From the IMG/VR virus record IMGVR_UViG_3300028920_000001, positions 310,001 through 374,000 of that record: a DNA stretch of 64,000 nucleotides. The stretch is one strand, 5' to 3'. How positions within the stretch are numbered: the first letter of the stretch is position 1; every line of letters begins with the position of its first letter. Position numbers and translations under genes: made by a program. The notes under the pieces are model-generated. The model searched no databases and was not told where the DNA came from. It worked only from the letters and a program-made list of their open reading frames with translations. Below, one piece after another: positions 30,453 to 40,297 of the stretch.

Positions 30453-31814
30453 ATGCCCAGCTATGACAACAGTTCCTCGACCACAGCTGGTGGTGGAGGG
30501 ACTAGTTATTCTGCTAATCATACGATTGCAGCGCAAGGAAACGGCCGCATTCTCATTGCGGTGTTTTTTGCGATGGCTGGGTCGAACGCTGCCACCAAGT
30601 TCACGTCGGTGCAGTACGATGGGACTGCACCGACGGGACAACTTACTCCTGATGTAGAACACGATCGATATGGAAACTATGGGAGTATCTCAGTTTACTA
30701 TTGGCTGGAATCAGATCTACCAGCCAATGGATCGCCGACTGCTTACAATATCACGGCGACGAGTGCTACTGGTCAGTGGAATGGGCATCTAGCAGCCATC
30801 TCGTTGACGGCGGCTGCCCAGACGGCCCCTACAGCCACAGGGAGGAACGAGGCCGAGAATGCAACTTCAAGCTCGGTAAGCATCACGACCACGGACACCA
30901 ATTCAATGATTGTGGATGCTGTTGCTGTCGTAGCAAGCGACATGTCGGGAGGTGTGTCACCAACAGCAGGCCAAACCGAAGTCCAAGACATTACTGCTGC
31001 TACCGCTTATAGGTTGGGTCTCGGTTACGAAGCGGTCACGACGGCCCAAGCTTACTCTCAAACTTGGTCGTGGAGCCCCACTTGCATGTTCGACATGGAG
31101 TTTGCCGTTGCGGTAGCTCCAGGTGGTGGTGTCAACATAGAAATAGGAAACCTCGCCCAGGGTAACGCTGGTTCCAGTGTAAGCCATACTCTGACAACGA
31201 GTGCCAATCGCATCGCCATCGTCTTGATCGATGACGAATCCACCAGTCAAGCCTCAGGTGTTACCTACAACAGTGTGGCAATGACCCGGGTGGCGTACTC
31301 GACTGCGACGGCAGGTGCGGGCAACGCATCCTCTATGTGGGTAATCCTTGATGCAGATTTACCTGCTGGAGGCACTAGCTACAACGTCGTGGTCTCGGGA
31401 TTGGACTCGGGTGCGTCGGTAACTGTTGTCGAGATCAACAATGTGGCACAGGTCATTCCTACAGGGTCTCAAGTGGATACGACCGAGTCTGGTGATGTTT
31501 CTAGCTCGTCCACGACAGTCACCGCACCGGATGGTAACTCGATCTCTGTAGGAGCGCTTGGGTACGGAAACGACACAGCGACTTTCAACAGTCCGAGTGG
31601 GACGGGAACTTGGACCCGGCTGTTCACGATTTATGGTCCGCCCAGCAGTGCCTGGTATGGAGGTGCTTACCAGGCATGGACAACAGGAGGATCTAAGACA
31701 TATACCGAGAGCGTAGATACTACGTTCTTTCGAGCTTCGCATATTCAAGCGGTATTTGCAGCTTATGCTGTTGTTACGACTTATAATGCCCCATTTTTCG
31801 GGACCAATTTTTGA
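30453..31814 (+). CDS. Putative fibre/adhesion protein with duplicated beta-sandwich module
   Basis: Two repeats: SANHTI...GRILIAV...VQYDG... and SVSHTL...NRIAIVL...VTYNS...; S/T/A/G-rich. Confidence 0.7.
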   Translation: MPSYDNSSSTTAGGGGTSYSANHTIAAQGNGRILIAVFFAMAGSNAATKFTSVQYDGTAPTGQLTPDVEHDRYGNYGSISVYYWLESDLPANGSPTAYNITATSATGQWNGHLAAISLTAAAQTAPTATGRNEAENATSSSVSITTTDTNSMIVDAVAVVASDMSGGVSPTAGQTEVQDITAATAYRLGLGYEAVTTAQAYSQTWSWSPTCMFDMEFAVAVAPGGGVNIEIGNLAQGNAGSSVSHTLTTSANRIAIVLIDDESTSQASGVTYNSVAMTRVAYSTATAGAGNASSMWVILDADLPAGGTSYNVVVSGLDSGASVTVVEINNVAQVIPTGSQVDTTESGDVSSSSTTVTAPDGNSISVGALGYGNDTATFNSPSGTGTWTRLFTIYGPPSSAWYGGAYQAWTTGGSKTYTESVDTTFFRASHIQAVFAAYAVVTTYNAPFFGTNF

Positions 31815-31877
31815 AGCATTTATCTGAATTGATAATGCTTATAAATTAACTCAATTTTTTAGCGGTAACGTTAGGCT

Positions 31878-34289
31878 ATGAATCAGGTTGCTCCAATATC
31901 TGTCTGTCTAATTACTAAAAATGAAGCTGGTCAAATTGAAAATTGTTTAAAATCTATCCGTCCGTATGTGGCTGAAATTTGTGTAGTTGATACTGGATCC
32001 TCAGATAATACTCCTGAAATTTGTAAAAAATACGCAGATAAACTTGAAACGTATACTGAATGTAATGATTCTCAGGGCCGAATAATATCATTTTCTAAGG
32101 CTCGAAATCGAAGTTTTGAATTAGCCAGTCAGCCTTGGGCTATGTGGGTTGATGGGGATGATGAGGTTCAAGGTGCTGAAAATTTATATAACGTAATTCA
32201 AAATCTTGATCATCTTTCTCGTCCCATTCTCATTTTGTTTCAATATGAATATTCTCATGACGATAAAGGAAATGTTACTTGTTTACATTGGAGAGAGCGA
32301 TTAGTTCAGCCTAAAGAACAATTTGAATGGGTAAATCCTGTTCATGAAGTATTGAATCCTAAAATACCGAATACTATTCATATTAGATCTGAAGCTGTTA
32401 GAATTATCCATCGACGAGATTTATCAGGTAAAATAATTGAACCAGGTCGCAATCTTCGAATTTTGAAAAAGCACTACGCAAATGTTGGGGAATCCGATGT
32501 TCGTAGTTTATATTATTTAGGATTAGAATATGGGAATAATGGTGATATTGAAAGTGCTTTAAAATTTCATAAGCGATATATTGAATTATCTGGTTGGGAT
32601 GATGAAAGATTTCAAGCATGTTTAAAAATCGTTGAACATTATCAGACTTCTGGTAGATATGAAGAAGCTATTGAATGGGCGCTTAAATCATTAACTATTA
32701 GAGAGGGATGGGCTGAGTCTTATTTTGCTTTAGCTAGGAACTATTATTTCTTGGCTCAACGGAATGATGCTAATTCGCGTCGTAATTGGGAAAGGTGTAT
32801 TTATTTTTCTAAATTAGGATTAGATTTTCCTCCGACTGAAACTATTTTATTTGTTAATCCGACTGAAAGAGACTTTGAGATCCATAAATATTTAAATGTA
32901 GCGTATAATAATGTTGGAAGGGTTGAAGACGCACTTGATAGTGTAAATACTGCACTTCAAATTAAAGGAGATCCAGGATTAGAACACAATAAACGATTAT
33001 ATGAACTTCATTTAGCTCGAGTGAGAATTAACACTGAATTAGACGTTCTTAATCGATATGAAAATGATGGAGGAATTTCTGTTAAAGCAAAGCATATTAT
33101 TGATTCAATATTGGACGGGAAGTTTTTGGTATCCCAGGAATTGGAACAAACTAAATCAGATAAGCTAGATATTGTTTTTTATGTTGGGAGTAGTATTGAG
33201 TCTTGGAATCCAAAAACAATAAAGAAAAATGGAATAGGAGGATCTGAGACAGCGGTTTGGGAAATGGGTCGTCGTTTTACTAAGATGGGTCATAGAGTTC
33301 GTGTATTCGGTGATTGTCCTGGACGGCTTGAAGGAGTCTTTGAGGATGTTGAATTTCTATATTATGATAAATGTAGGGATTTAACTTGTGATGTTTTTAT
33401 AACTTCTCGTCAGCCTCATATTGTTGATGATGGATTTAACATTAAATCTAAAATTAAATTATGCTGGGTCCATGACATTCATTGTGGATCTGGATTAAAT
33501 CATGAGCGGGCTTTGAAAATTGACAAGTTTTTATGTTTAAGTAAATGGCATAAGGATTTCTTCTTAGCTCAATATCCATATATACATCCTGATCAAGTTA
33601 TTGTAACTAGAAATGGTATTGATTTAAGTCGATTTGAATCAAATGATTCAATTATTAGAAATCCGCATAAGGGAGTTTATAGTAGTAGTCCTGATCGTGG
33701 ATTAGAGATTGCTATCAAATCTATGCCGAAGATTCGAGAACGAGTTCCAGATGCAGAACTTCATATATATTATGGATTTAAGAATTGGGAGATTTCTGCT
33801 AAATTAGCAAATAGTAAAGATCAAATGGAACTTATTCAATACTTGAAGATTTTGATTGAAGAACATGAAGAACATGGTGTAGTATTCCATGATCGATTAG
33901 ATCAAGATACACTAGCTAAGGAATTCGTGAGTGCAGGTGTGTGGATGTATCCAACTTGGTTTTCTGAGACATCGTGCATTACTGCAATGGAAGCTCAGGC
34001 AGCAGGTCTTCATATAGTTACTTCTCCAATTGCAGCATTGAATGAAACGGTCGGTGATCGCGGAACAATGATCGAGGGAGATTGGCTTTCTCCTGAATAT
34101 ATGGAAAAGTTTGTTAATGCTGTAGAATTTCACATGAATCGTTCAGGAGATGATGAGAGGAAGTCACTTCAGCAGTATGCTCGAGGGCATTTTGGATGGG
34201 ATTCTCTAGTAAATGATTGGGTTAAAATGTTTGAAAGTATAGTTGAAGAAGTGATGGAAAATATTGTTCCTGCGTTTAAATCGGTGTAA
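31878..34289 (+). CDS. Glycosyltransferase fusion: GT2 + TPR + GT4-like
   Basis: ISVCLITKNEA...VVDTGSSDNT...FSKARN...WVDGDD...VHE; TPR helices; GGSETAV, SSSPDRGL, ETSCITAMEAQAAG. Confidence 0.9.
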   Translation: MNQVAPISVCLITKNEAGQIENCLKSIRPYVAEICVVDTGSSDNTPEICKKYADKLETYTECNDSQGRIISFSKARNRSFELASQPWAMWVDGDDEVQGAENLYNVIQNLDHLSRPILILFQYEYSHDDKGNVTCLHWRERLVQPKEQFEWVNPVHEVLNPKIPNTIHIRSEAVRIIHRRDLSGKIIEPGRNLRILKKHYANVGESDVRSLYYLGLEYGNNGDIESALKFHKRYIELSGWDDERFQACLKIVEHYQTSGRYEEAIEWALKSLTIREGWAESYFALARNYYFLAQRNDANSRRNWERCIYFSKLGLDFPPTETILFVNPTERDFEIHKYLNVAYNNVGRVEDALDSVNTALQIKGDPGLEHNKRLYELHLARVRINTELDVLNRYENDGGISVKAKHIIDSILDGKFLVSQELEQTKSDKLDIVFYVGSSIESWNPKTIKKNGIGGSETAVWEMGRRFTKMGHRVRVFGDCPGRLEGVFEDVEFLYYDKCRDLTCDVFITSRQPHIVDDGFNIKSKIKLCWVHDIHCGSGLNHERALKIDKFLCLSKWHKDFFLAQYPYIHPDQVIVTRNGIDLSRFESNDSIIRNPHKGVYSSSPDRGLEIAIKSMPKIRERVPDAELHIYYGFKNWEISAKLANSKDQMELIQYLKILIEEHEEHGVVFHDRLDQDTLAKEFVSAGVWMYPTWFSETSCITAMEAQAAGLHIVTSPIAALNETVGDRGTMIEGDWLSPEYMEKFVNAVEFHMNRSGDDERKSLQQYARGHFGWDSLVNDWVKMFESIVEEVMENIVPAFKSV

Positions 34290-34291
34290 AT

Positions 34292-34957
34292 ATGCTTGGT
34301 TTATTATCATTTAAGGGCAAAGAGTTCAGATATGAATTCATACCAGGAAATATTCCTACTGGTCAGAACCCATCTTGGTATTCATTTGTAGATGAACAAT
34401 CAGTACGCGACAGATGGTGGAATATCGAAGAAGGTGATGTTATCTTTGATGTTGGATGTGCATATGGTTCTTACACCTTGCCGGCTTTAGTATTAGGAGC
34501 CAGTCACTGTTATTGTTGGAACCCCCTTGATTCAGAAATGTCTATTTTAGCTCAATCTTTAAAGCATAATGGGTGGGAAGATAAAGCTACTTTATTTATG
34601 GCTGGGCTATATAATAAGATTGGATTTCTTAACCCAGATACTCAAGAATTTTCTCAAGAATACAAAGATGGAATGTTTGCTGTTACGACTTTAGATCAAT
34701 ATTTAGAAGATCAGAAAATTAAATTAAGTAACTCTAAATGTTGGATGAAAATGGATGTTGAAGGAGCTGAATTAGAAATTCTTAAAGGAGGAACGAAATT
34801 ATTAAATCAATTTAGACCAAATATTATAATAGAAAATCATGTATTTAAGATTGCTGATATTCAGACACAGGTTCAGTCTTTTCTGGAATCATTGAATTTT
34901 AAACATGTAGAAACTGTTCCTTATCATGCTGTATCTCATTCTTTGTATATTCCATGA
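34292..34957 (+). CDS. FkbM-family SAM methyltransferase
   Basis: IFDVGCAYGSYT; VTTLDQY; MKMDVEGAELEILKGG. Confidence 0.9.
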   Translation: MLGLLSFKGKEFRYEFIPGNIPTGQNPSWYSFVDEQSVRDRWWNIEEGDVIFDVGCAYGSYTLPALVLGASHCYCWNPLDSEMSILAQSLKHNGWEDKATLFMAGLYNKIGFLNPDTQEFSQEYKDGMFAVTTLDQYLEDQKIKLSNSKCWMKMDVEGAELEILKGGTKLLNQFRPNIIIENHVFKIADIQTQVQSFLESLNFKHVETVPYHAVSHSLYIP

Positions 34958-36102
34958 AAATATTATTTGTTTTTGCCCCTTATTTGTTTTTGAGGGGTCT
35001 TTTTGACCATGGTAAAAAATATGATTTTGTAAATTTAAGGGACAATCCTAGAGGATTAACAGGTTCTGAAGTCTCTTGTTTCCAAATTGCTAAGCAATTT
35101 GCTCTAAAGGATCATGATGTTGCAATATCTACTACATTGAATTCAAATAGAATAAATATCTGGGAAAATGTCAATATTATACCTATGGATAATGTAGATG
35201 ACATTAAGAAAATTGTGAATGGTGATTGGGATGTTGTTTATTCTTGGAATGAAGTCAATGTTTTAAGATATGTAAATCCGAATTCACTTAGGATGATAAA
35301 TCTTCAAATTAATGACTTGGATCATGGTGAAGATGGATATGATGATTATGTAGATATATATACTAGTCCATCTGAATCTCACAAGTCTGTTATCGGCAAA
35401 TTAGCTCCTAATCTTAGCAAATGGGAAGTTGTGCCAAATGGATGTTATTTGGATATATATGACAAATTAAATCAAAACATAATAGATGGGAGAATAATTT
35501 ATGCATCTTCTCCAGATAGGGGTCTTCATTGGTTACTTCAAATATGGCCTTCAATTCGTAAGGCAGTTCCAGAAGCTCATTTAAAAATTTTTTATGAGAT
35601 TCAATCTTGGATAAATCGATTTAATGATATAGATCCAATATCGGTAACTAAAATAATGGCTCAACTTTCATGTCGAGCACGTTATATTAAAGAGGCTTTT
35701 AGAAGATTTGGATCAAATTCTGGAATTGAAGTTATTGGTTCTGTCAGTCGGAATCAGATTGCTAAAGAATTTGCTCAAGCTCAAATTTTAGCTTATCCTT
35801 GCGATACTGTTAGTTATACTGAAGGATTTTCAGTTACTTTGATGGAAGCGTGTGCTTCTAAAACTGTTCCAATCACTACTGATGTGGATGCTCTTGGAGA
35901 GATTTATGGATCTGCAGTTCCCATGGTGCATGCACCAATTGAGCCCAATTTGGATGAATATCGGGAGTTGGTAATTAGAGCGCTTACTGATTATAATTTT
36001 CGTCAGGAAGTGATCTCTAAAGCTAGGCAATTAGCAGAGCAGTATACCTGGGATAAGGTTGCTGATAAGGTGTTAGATATCATAGAAAAGAGACGAAAAT
36101 GA
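34954..36102 (+). CDS. GT4-like glycosyltransferase
   Basis: GLTGSE; YASSPDRGL; EGFSVTLMEACA; YTWDKVA. Confidence 0.9.
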   Translation: MKILFVFAPYLFLRGLFDHGKKYDFVNLRDNPRGLTGSEVSCFQIAKQFALKDHDVAISTTLNSNRINIWENVNIIPMDNVDDIKKIVNGDWDVVYSWNEVNVLRYVNPNSLRMINLQINDLDHGEDGYDDYVDIYTSPSESHKSVIGKLAPNLSKWEVVPNGCYLDIYDKLNQNIIDGRIIYASSPDRGLHWLLQIWPSIRKAVPEAHLKIFYEIQSWINRFNDIDPISVTKIMAQLSCRARYIKEAFRRFGSNSGIEVIGSVSRNQIAKEFAQAQILAYPCDTVSYTEGFSVTLMEACASKTVPITTDVDALGEIYGSAVPMVHAPIEPNLDEYRELVIRALTDYNFRQEVISKARQLAEQYTWDKVADKVLDIIEKRRK

Positions 36103-36566
36103 ATCATGATGAATATACAACAGCTGTGGATCAGGGTAAATGGCCATCCGATTCATTAGTTCCTTTAGATGATCCTTTCATTAATGAAAATGGGGTTATT
36201 CAGAATCTTCTTCTTAAGCCTGCAAATAGTTTTACTATCATTCATAGTAAACCATCTAGTATTCGTGCCAATCACTACCATAAGACTGATTGGCATTATT
36301 CATATGTAGTGAGTGGAAGAATTATTTATTTTGAGCGCAAAGTTGGCGATACTATTGTTCCAGAACCACAGTTTTATGAATCTGGAAAAATGTTTTTTAC
36401 TCCACCGATGGTGGAACATGTTATGTATTTTCCTGAACAAACAACTTTTGTGACTATGGCCAAAAATATACGTTCTCATGAAAGTCATGAATCTGATGTT
36501 GTCAGAGTTTCATTTTTAGATTTGGATCAAATACGAGATTTGTGTTGGAAAGCTTTGAGGAAATAA
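36099..36566 (+). CDS. Cupin-fold NDP-sugar epimerase/isomerase-like protein
   Basis: IRANHYHKTDWHYSYVVSG...FTPPMVEH. Confidence 0.8.
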   Translation: MNHDEYTTAVDQGKWPSDSLVPLDDPFINENGVIQNLLLKPANSFTIIHSKPSSIRANHYHKTDWHYSYVVSGRIIYFERKVGDTIVPEPQFYESGKMFFTPPMVEHVMYFPEQTTFVTMAKNIRSHESHESDVVRVSFLDLDQIRDLCWKALRK

Positions 36567-36567
36567 T

Positions 36568-37878
36568 ATGACTCTTCAAAGGATTCGGAAAGACTGTAGG
36601 CTGTGTGGAAGTGAAGAGCTTGAGAAAACTTTTGATTTAGAGGATTCTCCTCCAGCAAATGAATTTGTTACAGAATCAGAAATAGACAAGTCTCAGGAGA
36701 AGTTTCCACTCGGATTATGGGAATGTCAAAATTGTGGTCATGTTCAGTTACCTGTAGTAGTAAGCCCTGATCAGCTATTTCGTAATTATGTTTATGTATC
36801 TGGTACTAGCCCAGTTTTTGTAGATCATTTTCGTAAGTATGCCGAATCTTTAACTAATCGGGCCAATTTTCGAAAAGGAGACTGGGTAATTGATATTGGA
36901 AGTAATGATGGTACTCTTCTTAAATTTTTTAAAGAGAAGGGCGCTCGAGTTTTAGGTGTTGATCCGGCTAGAGATATTGCAGCTAAGGCAACAGTAGAAG
37001 GTATTGAAACTATTCCGGAATTTTTTACTAGTGAACTGGCTCAGAAAATTAGTGAAGAGCGAGATATTAGGACAACTAAGGCTAATGGAGCTAGATTCAT
37101 AACAGCGAATAATGTGTTTGCCCATGCTGATGATTTAGGTGATATTGTTAATGGAGTAAAGAAATTACTTGATACTAATGGGATATTTGTTTTTGAGGTT
37201 TCTTATTTAGTTGATGTGATAGAGAAGAATTTATTTGATACCATTTATCATGAGCATTTATCTTATCATCACTTAGGACCACTTATTAAATTTATGTTAT
37301 CTTATAATATGATGGTTAGCCATGCCGAGCGTATTGATACTCATGGCGGATCTTTACGGGTTTACTGTACGAGTTTGTTTAGTTCTGCTTTTGGAAAACC
37401 GTCGAGTTTAGTCCAAGAAATTCTTGAACACGAATTTAAGATGAACTTAAAAGGAAGTGGCTTTGATGATGTATTTAATGGATTTATGCCATTACATTCT
37501 TTGAAATCGAAGATTGATTCACTTCGTGATCAATTACTAAATAGATTGAAAGAGATTAAGTCAAGAGGAAAATCTATAGTAGTTTTTGGAGCTCCAGCTA
37601 AAGCCACTACTTTAATGCATCATTTTAAATTGGGTAAAGAAACCATTGATTTTGTGGTGGACGACTCTCCACTTAAACAGGGGTTATTTACTCCTGGAAC
37701 TCATATTCCTGTGGTATCGTCAAGTACCTTGTATGAAAAGAAGCCAGACTATTGTGTGATTTTGGCTTGGAATTTTGCAGAGCCAATTATGAAAAATCAT
37801 CAGGCTTATTTAGAACAAGGTGGAAAATTTATTGTACCAATACCAGAGTTAAAAGAATATGGAACTCCTAAAAACTGA
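36568..37878 (+). CDS. NDP-hexose C-methyltransferase (Zn-binding N-terminus, SAM domain, C-terminal domain)
   Basis: CRLCG...PPANEF...CQNCGHVQL; IDIGSNDGTLL; NNVFAH; FDTIYHEHLSY; HGGSLR; GAPAKATT; ILAWNFAEPI. Confidence 0.9.
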   Translation: MTLQRIRKDCRLCGSEELEKTFDLEDSPPANEFVTESEIDKSQEKFPLGLWECQNCGHVQLPVVVSPDQLFRNYVYVSGTSPVFVDHFRKYAESLTNRANFRKGDWVIDIGSNDGTLLKFFKEKGARVLGVDPARDIAAKATVEGIETIPEFFTSELAQKISEERDIRTTKANGARFITANNVFAHADDLGDIVNGVKKLLDTNGIFVFEVSYLVDVIEKNLFDTIYHEHLSYHHLGPLIKFMLSYNMMVSHAERIDTHGGSLRVYCTSLFSSAFGKPSSLVQEILEHEFKMNLKGSGFDDVFNGFMPLHSLKSKIDSLRDQLLNRLKEIKSRGKSIVVFGAPAKATTLMHHFKLGKETIDFVVDDSPLKQGLFTPGTHIPVVSSSTLYEKKPDYCVILAWNFAEPIMKNHQAYLEQGGKFIVPIPELKEYGTPKN

Positions 37879-38905
37879 TATTGATGAAATTGCCACTAGT
37901 TTAAACAGTTTGAGAGATGTTTTCGACGGAAAACGAATTCTCATTACTGGTGGATGTGGATTTTTAGGTCGATATTTTATCGAGACCTTTGTTTTTCTTA
38001 ATAAACACTTTCTTCGGAATCCCTGTGAATTAATTGTTTTAGATAACTTCATTACTTCTGGTGATAAGGGTGAATTACCAGAAACTAAGAACATTGCATT
38101 TATTGAACATGATATAATTAAGCCATTTTATCCAGAAAGACCGGTAGATTTCATTTTGCATGCAGCTGGAATAGCTAGCCCATTTTATTATCGTAAATAT
38201 CCATTAGAAACATTAGCAGTTGCTACTACTGGACTTCAGAATACGCTTGAACTTGCCCAAAAAAGTCCTGGATCAAGGTTACTTTTCTTTAGTTCGAGTG
38301 AGATTTATGGAGATCCAGATTCGAAATGTGTTCCTACTCAAGAAAGTTATCGTGGCAATGTGAGTTGTATCGGACCTCGCGCATGTTATGATGAATCGAA
38401 ACGATTGGGGGAGACTTTAATTGATATTTTTCATCAACAATATGGGGTTCATGCTACTGTAGTACGTCCATTTAATGTATACGGCCCGGGAATGTTGAAA
38501 ACTGATTATCGAGTGTTACCTAATTTTGGAGCTCGAATAAAAGAGGGTAAGCCGCTTCAAATTTATGGAACTGGAGATCAAACCAGAACTTTTTGTTATA
38601 TAACTGATGCTATTCGCGGGTTTTTACAAGTACTGGTTAGTGGTGTACCGGGGGAGCCTTACAATATTGGCAATCCAAGTCCTGAAATTTCCATGATTGA
38701 TTTGGCTTATGAGATTGGAAAGACTTTAGGAAAAGAAGTTAAATTTGATATAGTTGAATATCCTGATTCTTACCCAGCGGATGAACCTAATCGACGTTGT
38801 CCTGATATTACCAAAGCAGCACGTCAAGTTGGGTATGAGCCTTCCATACCTTTGCAAATGGGCTTGAAGAGATTCTTTGATTGGGTTGAAGAGGCATATA
38901 AGTGA
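37859..38905 (+). CDS. UDP-glucuronate decarboxylase-like extended SDR
   Basis: ITGGCGFLG; HAAGIASP; SSSEIYGD; GPRACYDESKR; RPFNVYGP; QTRTFCY. Confidence 0.85.
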   Translation: MELLKTDIDEIATSLNSLRDVFDGKRILITGGCGFLGRYFIETFVFLNKHFLRNPCELIVLDNFITSGDKGELPETKNIAFIEHDIIKPFYPERPVDFILHAAGIASPFYYRKYPLETLAVATTGLQNTLELAQKSPGSRLLFFSSSEIYGDPDSKCVPTQESYRGNVSCIGPRACYDESKRLGETLIDIFHQQYGVHATVVRPFNVYGPGMLKTDYRVLPNFGARIKEGKPLQIYGTGDQTRTFCYITDAIRGFLQVLVSGVPGEPYNIGNPSPEISMIDLAYEIGKTLGKEVKFDIVEYPDSYPADEPNRRCPDITKAARQVGYEPSIPLQMGLKRFFDWVEEAYK

Positions 38906-39771
38906 GATTCACTCTTGTAGGTTGTGGCGCTTGGGGAAAAAATTACTTAAAAACTGTTAAAACTATTCCAGGTATAGAAATTTCTAATGTAATTAAGCGA
39001 AGCATTCTTTCTGAAGATGCACGTACATTAATGTCGAAATATGGATTAACAATTTCAACTCCAGATGCTTTAGATTATATTAATCCAACTGGAGTTATAA
39101 TTGCTACTCCCCCACAGACACATAAAGATATGGTTATTCCACTTTTACAAAGGAAAATCCCCGTTTTATTGGAAAAACCTGTTGCTCATACTTATGGTGA
39201 TGCAAAAGAAATTTTTGAAGCTGCTAAGGCTACCGGAACCCTTTTGTTAGTGAATAATATTCATTTATTTGCTGACGCGTTTTTGAGTTTAAAAGATAGC
39301 TTAGTTCATCGACCCATCCATATTGTTTCTTGTGGAGGAAATCAGGGTCCATTTCGTGATTATTCTTCATTGTTAGATTACGCTCCTCATGATTTAGCAA
39401 TGTGTTTGTCATTGTTTGATGGGCAAAATCCAGATCAAGTAGAGATAAATAAAATAAACAGACCCAGAGGTGAGACTTATACTATTGCTTTAAAATTTGG
39501 TGATAGTTCTGCTGAGCTTGTGGTTGGGAATGGCATGACTGGAAAGCGTCGATATTTTGAAGTAACACAAGGTAGAAATAAGATTGTTTATGATGATTTG
39601 GCTTATTCAAAATTAATCGTAAATGGCATAGGTACGATGAAAACTCAAGAACCTCCATTAACTCGAGTGATTCAAACATTTGCGAAATCTATTATTGATA
39701 ACAATCGTGATTGGAGGTTTGACTATGAATTAAATCTGAGAATTATGAAGATTATTCAACAAGGACTATGA
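38902..39771 (+). CDS. Gfo/Idh/MocA family oxidoreductase
   Basis: VGCGAWG; IATPPQTH; VLLEKP; DYAPHDL. Confidence 0.9.
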   Translation: MRFTLVGCGAWGKNYLKTVKTIPGIEISNVIKRSILSEDARTLMSKYGLTISTPDALDYINPTGVIIATPPQTHKDMVIPLLQRKIPVLLEKPVAHTYGDAKEIFEAAKATGTLLLVNNIHLFADAFLSLKDSLVHRPIHIVSCGGNQGPFRDYSSLLDYAPHDLAMCLSLFDGQNPDQVEINKINRPRGETYTIALKFGDSSAELVVGNGMTGKRRYFEVTQGRNKIVYDDLAYSKLIVNGIGTMKTQEPPLTRVIQTFAKSIIDNNRDWRFDYELNLRIMKIIQQGL

Positions 39772-39772
39772 A

Positions 39773-40297
39773 TTAAGTAGTCATTATATCTTCAATCTGT
39801 TTTGTATGCGTGACATCTATTGTTTTTTCCCATCTTTGCCAATAAGATGGGAGAACGTGTCTTAGCCAATGTTCTTTATCATAATAAGCTGGTTCAATTT
39901 CTAGTATATAAAATAAGTGATGCGCTGCATCAATGGCTTCTTTACCGGAAGCAGTTTTAAGTAAATGAATGGTTGTTGAAATTTCATATGGATCAATAGT
40001 CAACTTGGGAAGGTTTTTAATTACGTGATGAGGACTTTTACAAAACCAATTTTTTTCATAGACTCTTACCTGAGCTAAATAATTTCCACCATTTGATACT
40101 GCAAATGCAGATGAGTTGTAAACATGTAGCGTGTTTTGAGGTTTAATCCATATTTCTTTTTCAATTCTGATAGTCATTCCATCTTGATTAAAGATAAGAT
40201 AAATCCAAGCTGGAGATCTAAATTTAGTACTCCTACATTTAGTGATTTCTTCAATCTTAATTCTGAAAGTATTAACTTGGTTCCAATCAGTATCCAT
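39773..40297 (-). CDS. Hypothetical protein
   Basis: ORF track, start moved to ATG 40297; ends EDIMTT. Confidence 0.6.
   Translation of the reverse strand: MDTDWNQVNTFRIKIEEITKCRSTKFRSPAWIYLIFNQDGMTIRIEKEIWIKPQNTLHVYNSSAFAVSNGGNYLAQVRVYEKNWFCKSPHHVIKNLPKLTIDPYEISTTIHLLKTASGKEAIDAAHHLFYILEIEPAYYDKEHWLRHVLPSYWQRWEKTIDVTHTKQIEDIMTT

Noticed and set aside
29783-31748. Overlapping ORFs in the GC-richer fibre cassette (29783, 29998, 30179, 30701, 31359 and others)
   Set aside because: Expected by-products of locally higher GC; the 29818 and 30453 frames have an SD or coherent domain structure.
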